IMG/VR virus record: IMGVR_UViG_3300037424_001372
Coordinates: 32,001 to 96,000 of that record
Direction: 5' to 3' (one strand)
Source of the DNA: a virus
Taxonomy: Duplodnaviria; Heunggongvirae; Uroviricota; Caudoviricetes
DNA length: 64,000 bases
Position numbers and translations under genes: made by a program. A model generated the notes under the pieces. It worked only from the letters and a program-made list of their open reading frames with translations, did no database searches and was not told the DNA's origin. The stretch's first letter is position 1. Every line of letters begins with the position of its first letter. Below, piece after piece: positions 58,377 through 64,000 of this stretch.

Positions 58377-60370
58377 TAATATAGTTTTAATGAAAATTTT
58401 ATCGTTCCACAGTTATAGATTTTATAAATATTATGTTCGATTAATATTTCGTCAATAGTTTTATTATCATCATACCAACCCAATTCAATAATTCTTTTTT
58501 TTCTAAAATTAAATCTATGATATCTCTGTTTTTGATTGTTAGCAATATAATAATATGATGGTTTGTTAACATGAACTTCGTTAAAACCAATTTGTTTGTA
58601 TAAATTACCTTGACTAAATCTTAAATCTGCATATGTTATAATTTCATGTGGGTTGTATGTTTTAATAAAATATTTTAATAATTTACTCGCACCACCAATA
58701 ACATGTGTATTAATTTTATTACAAAATCTTGATAAATTAAAAAATTTATCAGAATTTTTAGCATTACCCAATCCTTTTCTTGCCGTATCAAAACACATAA
58801 TTGAAACTAAATCATTATTATAATATAAACCAATTGAAATTTCAGAAGGAACTGCTCCTTGGACATGATTTAACATTAAGAAATCACTTGTAGTCGATTT
58901 ATCAATTTCTTTTATGACTGTGTTTCTACCATAAATATTATTTTCAATAATATTTAGTTTTGACTTAATTATTGACTTTATTATTTCTTTTTTATAAATC
59001 CATTCATCTTCATAAACATGTAATAATTGAATACCTTTATTATTACATAAATTTGTTTTATTCAGATGATAATTTTTATCTTTAAATAATTCAGAATGCC
59101 AATAAAGACCATTAAATTCAATAGCTAATTTATATTCTGGAAGATAAAAATCTAATTCTTGTTTGTTATCTAAAATAGATTTATCATTATTAACCAATTT
59201 AATATTTAATGACATTAAAAATGATTTTAATTCTAATTCAATTATTGATTTATTTTCAGAAACGGGATTACATTTAGTACAAATATTTTCATGTTTATTC
59301 CAAATTAATCTACTATATAACAATGATTTGGAAATATTAAAATTATCATGTTTTTTACAATAATTATTAATAGTTACATAATCCCCAATAATATCAATAT
59401 CATTTTGATTTACATTTAATAAATTAGAATATTTTTTTATAAAATTTAAAATATTGGTTTTTTTAATTTTTAATATTATTTCAGGTGATTTTGAAATATT
59501 ATCGACACCATATTTTTTTATTGTTGTTTCTTTTGATTTTATTCTATTATTAAAATTTTCATCACCATATTTTTCTAATTTTATTTTTTTTACACTTTCT
59601 TTAATAACATCGCTCTTCATTGGGTTGTCGACACCATATTCTTTTATTAATGTTCTATTTTTTTTTAAACTAAATTCATTAGAATTAAAATAATGTTCAA
59701 CATCATACTTTTCTTTAACAGTCTTTCTGATTTTGTTTTTAATCTCATCAGATTTATTAGGATTGTCGACGCCATATTTTTTTAAATTAGTATTTTTGAC
59801 TATTTCTTTAATAACTTCACTCTTCATTGGATTGTCGACACCATATTTTTTTAAAAGAGTTTCTTTTTTTTTGTTTTTAACTTCATCTAATTGATTATGA
59901 CTTTCAACATTGTATTTCAATAAATTAGTTTGTCTTGTTTTTTCTTTAATAGTTGTAAGTTTTTGAGGGTGCTCAATACCATATCGTCTAATATTGGTTA
60001 ATTTAATTTTTTCTTTTATTTCATTAGATTGTAAAGCATATTTTACCCCATTTTTTATTATTGAAGTTTGTTCTCTTTTTCCTTGAACAGTTTTATCTAA
60101 ACCAAGACATTTCATTGAACAATATGACGAATAACCTTCACTAAATTTTTTAAATCGAACATCATTTTCACAAATAATACATTTGGGTGGATTAATCATG
60201 TCATGAGTAATTAAATATAACATTTCTGAAAATGAAATGTTGTTATCTAAAAACGTTTTAATTATCTCGTTATATAAATTAGTATAATATTTTTGAAAAT
60301 ATTCTTTTGTCATTCTTTTTCTATTGATTTTACCTTCAACAAAAATAATACTATAAATCTTTTCTTTCAT
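58376..60370 (-). CDS. Free-standing nuclease: many KYGVDNP repeats, PD-(D/E)XK-like and GNAT-like domains
   Basis: ELDFYLPEYKLAIEFNG; SRFC..GGASKLL..TYAD; likely start MKEKI. Confidence 0.75.
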   Translation of the reverse strand: MKEKIYSIIFVEGKINRKRMTKEYFQKYYTNLYNEIIKTFLDNNISFSEMLYLITHDMINPPKCIICENDVRFKKFSEGYSSYCSMKCLGLDKTVQGKREQTSIIKNGVKYALQSNEIKEKIKLTNIRRYGIEHPQKLTTIKEKTRQTNLLKYNVESHNQLDEVKNKKKETLLKKYGVDNPMKSEVIKEIVKNTNLKKYGVDNPNKSDEIKNKIRKTVKEKYDVEHYFNSNEFSLKKNRTLIKEYGVDNPMKSDVIKESVKKIKLEKYGDENFNNRIKSKETTIKKYGVDNISKSPEIILKIKKTNILNFIKKYSNLLNVNQNDIDIIGDYVTINNYCKKHDNFNISKSLLYSRLIWNKHENICTKCNPVSENKSIIELELKSFLMSLNIKLVNNDKSILDNKQELDFYLPEYKLAIEFNGLYWHSELFKDKNYHLNKTNLCNNKGIQLLHVYEDEWIYKKEIIKSIIKSKLNIIENNIYGRNTVIKEIDKSTTSDFLMLNHVQGAVPSEISIGLYYNNDLVSIMCFDTARKGLGNAKNSDKFFNLSRFCNKINTHVIGGASKLLKYFIKTYNPHEIITYADLRFSQGNLYKQIGFNEVHVNKPSYYYIANNQKQRYHRFNFRKKRIIELGWYDDNKTIDEILIEHNIYKIYNCGTIKFSLKLY

Positions 60371-60618
60371 AATACAATTAATTAGGTTACAAAGATAAAT
60401 ACTTAATCTTTTAATTTCAAATAATTTTTTAATTAAATTAGAATAATAATTTGAAATTCGATTAAAAATGAAATAAAAAAATATAAAAATTGGATGATTA
60501 TTGTGGCGGAATCTGAATTGTATCAAATAATTAGTCTTTTGAATATTTTTCTAGTATTTATTTGAAATAGAAATGAATTTTTCAATAAAAAATAAATATA
60601 TTAAATAAAAAAAATAAG

Positions 60619-63384
60619 ATGGCAGATTTCGTATTTACATCTCCGGGTGTTAAATTTAAAGAAAGAGATATTACTTTTGTAACACGTAATGTTGGTATCA
60701 CGACATTAGGATTAGCTGGTGAAACATTAAAAGGACCTGCTTTTGAACCGGTTTATATTCAAGACCAAACCCAATTTTTAAATAGATTTGGTGGACAAAG
60801 TATAAAAAGGTTTCAAAACGGTGAAAAAACATTACAATATCAATTACCTTATGTTGCAAATGCTTTTTTGGAAGAAGCTCAACAACTTTGGGTAACTAGA
60901 GTACTTGGACTTAGTGGATATAAGGCAGGTAAATCATGGAATATTTTATTAGATGCAGGTGTTGATTTATCTACATCAGGTGTTACAGGTTCTCCGGTAA
61001 CAACAACAGATATTCCATTTACCGGAGCAGCTTATTTAGGCGTTTCACTTAATGGTATTGGGGTTACTGGTTCAACCGCCACAGGATACACAAAAAATAA
61101 TAGTATTTTCTATCAAACAGTTCATGAATTCACTGCTACGACATATACTTCAGGTACTGGTACTGTTACTGATATAACAACAACATATTCAGCAAATTCA
61201 TTAACAGAATATGAAAATATGGTATTGGCCGTTATTAGAAGTAGGGCGGTTTCAAATATTCCGATAGATTCAATTGCAGTAACAACACCCATTACAACTG
61301 ATGTTGAAATTACTCAAAATGATACTTTAATTGATGCAGGTGATTTATTTGCGACAATTAAATTAGATGTTAATAATACTGATAATAGTTCGATATATTT
61401 TGGTACTAATGCAACATATTATGTATCATTAAATCCAAACGATTCCAACTATTTACCAAATGTTATAGGTCGTGAACCTAAAGATAAGAATACCATGATT
61501 TGGGTTCAAGCAATCTATCCAGATTTAATTAGAAAACTTGATGCCGATAGCATTGCATATGGTATTAAATCAGAAATGATTGAAACTGATGAAAATAATA
61601 CATATTTTGCGGATTATGAAGTTGGTTATCAAACACCTGAAACTCCTTGGGTAGTATCTCAATTAAAAGGTAATAGTGTTGATAAATTATTTAAATTTAT
61701 AAGTATTTCGGATGGAGATTCTGCTAATCAAGAAATCAAAATTAGTATTGCAAATATTGACCCATATTCATTAGAATTTGATGTGGTTATTCGTGATTTT
61801 TATGATACCGATGCAAATGTTTCTGTTTTAGAAACCTATACAAGATGTAATTTAACCAAAGGTAGTTCAAATTATATTGGTCAACGTATTGGTACTAGTG
61901 ATGGCGAATATAGTTTAATTAGTAAGTATATAATGGTAGAAGTTTCCGAAGAATTGGCTAATGATGTATACCCTGCCGGATTTGAGGGTTATTTGTTTAA
62001 CAATTATTCGACTGAAGTGACCGGTAGTGCTACTGAAGGTATTTGTCCCGAAATATTTTATAAAACTTCTTATGCCGATACTGATAAGTTAGTGAAAACA
62101 TATTTAGGTATTTCTGAATTAGCATATACTGGTAATGGTATTAATCAAAATTTTTTTAATTTTAATAACTATTATAATGGTCAAACCGCTAGTGGATTTA
62201 CTAAAACAAAAGGTTTTCACTTAGATTCTGGAGTAACTATTATTACTGGAAATACCGAATTTGTTGGTGGTGCAGCAGCATTTAATACTACTGTTGATAG
62301 TAATACCACTGGTCCATATTATAACATTAAATCAAGAAAATTTACATTAGTTCCAGCAGGTGGTTTCGATGGTTGGGATGTAAATAGAACTGAACGTTCT
62401 TATGGAGATGATTATGTTCAAGGTGGAAGGAGAAGTGGACACCCCGGTGAACCATTAGTTGTTCCGACAAATGATTTTCAGGCATGGGAAACAGCTATAG
62501 ATACTTTTGCTAATCCAGAGGATATTACTATTAACCTTTTCGCAACCCCCGGAATTGAGTGGGCTAATCAAACAACTTTAGTTCAAAATACTATTGATAT
62601 GATTGAACAACAAAGAACAGATACTCTATATGTTATTGATGCGCCTCAATTAAGCGAAGATTTTCTTTCAACAGTTGGTGATAGTGGTAAGGCAGATGTT
62701 TTAGCTGCCACAGAAATTGCCAATTTATTAGAAGATACATCGATAGATAGTAGTTATGCATGTACATACTATCCTTGGATTCAAATGCGCGATACTCAAA
62801 ACAATGTTAATGTTTATATTCCACCAACTGGTGAAGTGGTTAAAGCAATGGCATATACTGATAACGTATCATTCCCTTGGTTTGCAGTAGCTGGTCTTAA
62901 TCGTGGTGTTACTAACGCAAGAAAATCACAATTTAAACTTTCTTTGGATGCTCGTGATATTCTTTATGCCGGTCGTGTAAATCCTATGGCAGATTTTGCA
63001 AATACTGGAACTGCTATTTTTGGCCAGAAAACACTTCAAGTTAAAGAAACTGCACTTGATAGGATCAATGTTCGTAGATTATTATTGCAAATCAAAGTGT
63101 TGATTTCAAATATTGCAGTTAGATTGTTATTCGAACAAAATGACCAAGCGACTATCGACCAATTCTTAAATAAAGCAAATCCTATTCTTGATAGTATTAA
63201 ACGTGAGAGAGGTTTAACTGATTTTAGAATAAAAATGGATAGTAGTAATAACACCCCTGAAACTCGCGATAGAAACGAATTGTATGGTGAAATCTTCTTA
63301 AAACCAACTCGTTCGGTAGAATTTATTGGAATTACATTCACGATAACGCCATCAGGAGCAAATTTTGCTGATGCAGGTGCTTAA
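60619..63384 (+). CDS. Tail sheath protein (T4 gp18-like)
   Basis: SPGV..ERD, YYPW, PWFAVAGLNRG, FGQKTL, RINVRRL, KPTRSVEFI. Confidence 0.95.
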   Translation: MADFVFTSPGVKFKERDITFVTRNVGITTLGLAGETLKGPAFEPVYIQDQTQFLNRFGGQSIKRFQNGEKTLQYQLPYVANAFLEEAQQLWVTRVLGLSGYKAGKSWNILLDAGVDLSTSGVTGSPVTTTDIPFTGAAYLGVSLNGIGVTGSTATGYTKNNSIFYQTVHEFTATTYTSGTGTVTDITTTYSANSLTEYENMVLAVIRSRAVSNIPIDSIAVTTPITTDVEITQNDTLIDAGDLFATIKLDVNNTDNSSIYFGTNATYYVSLNPNDSNYLPNVIGREPKDKNTMIWVQAIYPDLIRKLDADSIAYGIKSEMIETDENNTYFADYEVGYQTPETPWVVSQLKGNSVDKLFKFISISDGDSANQEIKISIANIDPYSLEFDVVIRDFYDTDANVSVLETYTRCNLTKGSSNYIGQRIGTSDGEYSLISKYIMVEVSEELANDVYPAGFEGYLFNNYSTEVTGSATEGICPEIFYKTSYADTDKLVKTYLGISELAYTGNGINQNFFNFNNYYNGQTASGFTKTKGFHLDSGVTIITGNTEFVGGAAAFNTTVDSNTTGPYYNIKSRKFTLVPAGGFDGWDVNRTERSYGDDYVQGGRRSGHPGEPLVVPTNDFQAWETAIDTFANPEDITINLFATPGIEWANQTTLVQNTIDMIEQQRTDTLYVIDAPQLSEDFLSTVGDSGKADVLAATEIANLLEDTSIDSSYACTYYPWIQMRDTQNNVNVYIPPTGEVVKAMAYTDNVSFPWFAVAGLNRGVTNARKSQFKLSLDARDILYAGRVNPMADFANTGTAIFGQKTLQVKETALDRINVRRLLLQIKVLISNIAVRLLFEQNDQATIDQFLNKANPILDSIKRERGLTDFRIKMDSSNNTPETRDRNELYGEIFLKPTRSVEFIGITFTITPSGANFADAGA

Positions 63385-63392
63385 CATAAAAC

Positions 63393-63429
63393 AAAAAAAA
63401 TGCGATATATTTAATATCGCATTTTTTTT
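63393..63429. terminator. Bidirectional intrinsic terminator
   Basis: A8-TGCGATAT-ATTTA-ATATCGCA-T8. Confidence 0.85.
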
Positions 63430-63431
63430 AT

Positions 63432-64000
63432 CTATAATATTAATTCATATTTAAAATTACCACAATCATAAATTCTAGGTATTTTTCTATCTAACATTAT
63501 TTCATGTTCGGATTTATTTAAATCAAAGCCCTCTTGAATTAAGTTACTTTTTCTAAAATTAAATCGATGTTTACGTTGTTTATTTATTACATAAAAATAA
63601 TTTGGTGGTGTAATCTTTGTTTGTTTAAAATTTAATTTTTCATATAAATTACCGTTTGAATATCTTCTATTCGCATATGTAATAATTTTATTTGGTTTAT
63701 TTTTTTTTATAAAAAAATCTAATAATTTAGATGCTCCTCCAATAACAGAAGTATTTAACTTATTACAAAATCTCAATAATTCATAATCATTTAAATTTGA
63801 TTTTGAGCCTAAAATATTTCTTAAATTACCGAAAGTCATTATCGAAACTAATTCATTATTATATAATAATCCAATATTATATTTACCATTAACATTTCCT
63901 TGAATATGATTTTTTTCTAAAAAATCTTTGGTAGTAATATTATCGATATAAGTGATTTCACATTTTCGGGCAAATATTTTAATTTTTGTTAAATTTAATT
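63432..64000 (-). CDS. C-terminal GNAT-like part of another Hef-like nuclease; start lies beyond window
   Basis: KIFARKC..NHIQG..YELLRFC..GGASKLL..RIYDCG. Confidence 0.75.
   Translation of the reverse strand, partial: LNLTKIKIFARKCEITYIDNITTKDFLEKNHIQGNVNGKYNIGLLYNNELVSIMTFGNLRNILGSKSNLNDYELLRFCNKLNTSVIGGASKLLDFFIKKNKPNKIITYANRRYSNGNLYEKLNFKQTKITPPNYFYVINKQRKHRFNFRKSNLIQEGFDLNKSEHEIMLDRKIPRIYDCGNFKYELIL

Noticed and set aside
19024-59693. Short antisense or alternate-frame ORFs nested in large genes
   Set aside because: No motifs, start context or promoter; expected by chance.
59480-59990. Repeated TTGTCGACACCATA-like units as a CRISPR array
   Set aside because: They are in-frame protein repeats (KYGVDNP) inside a nuclease ORF; degenerate, and no cas genes.

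Overview
Very AT-rich fragment of a large T4-like (myovirus-type) phage genome read in the standard code; the host is probably Bacteroidota (TTTG-N19-TAnnTTTG promoters, no Shine-Dalgarno sites, a lipoprotein with a CSKEND export signal). 0.5-7 kb: two minus-strand tRNA operons (20 tRNAs plus one tRNA-like RNA and two other structured RNAs), the left one interrupted by four homing endonuclease genes. 8-64 kb: virion morphogenesis region (terminase, portal, prohead protease, scaffold, major capsid, neck, tail completion, baseplate-like proteins, tail sheath) plus UvrD-like helicase, ThyA, dUTPase, many free-standing nuclease genes and six inteins, one a naturally split AceL-TerL-type intein. 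Main finding: each tRNA operon is preceded by promoter -> short leader ORF -> antiterminator segment -> intrinsic terminator, and the leader codons match the downstream tRNAs (HQPQQPQHPQ before Gln/Pro/His tRNAs; a Leu/Val/Asp/Glu/Ala/Trp-rich leader before those tRNAs). This looks like ribosome-stalling attenuation that switches on replacement phage tRNAs when the matching host tRNAs are depleted. All calls were made by eye; tRNA and intein boundaries may be off by a few nt.
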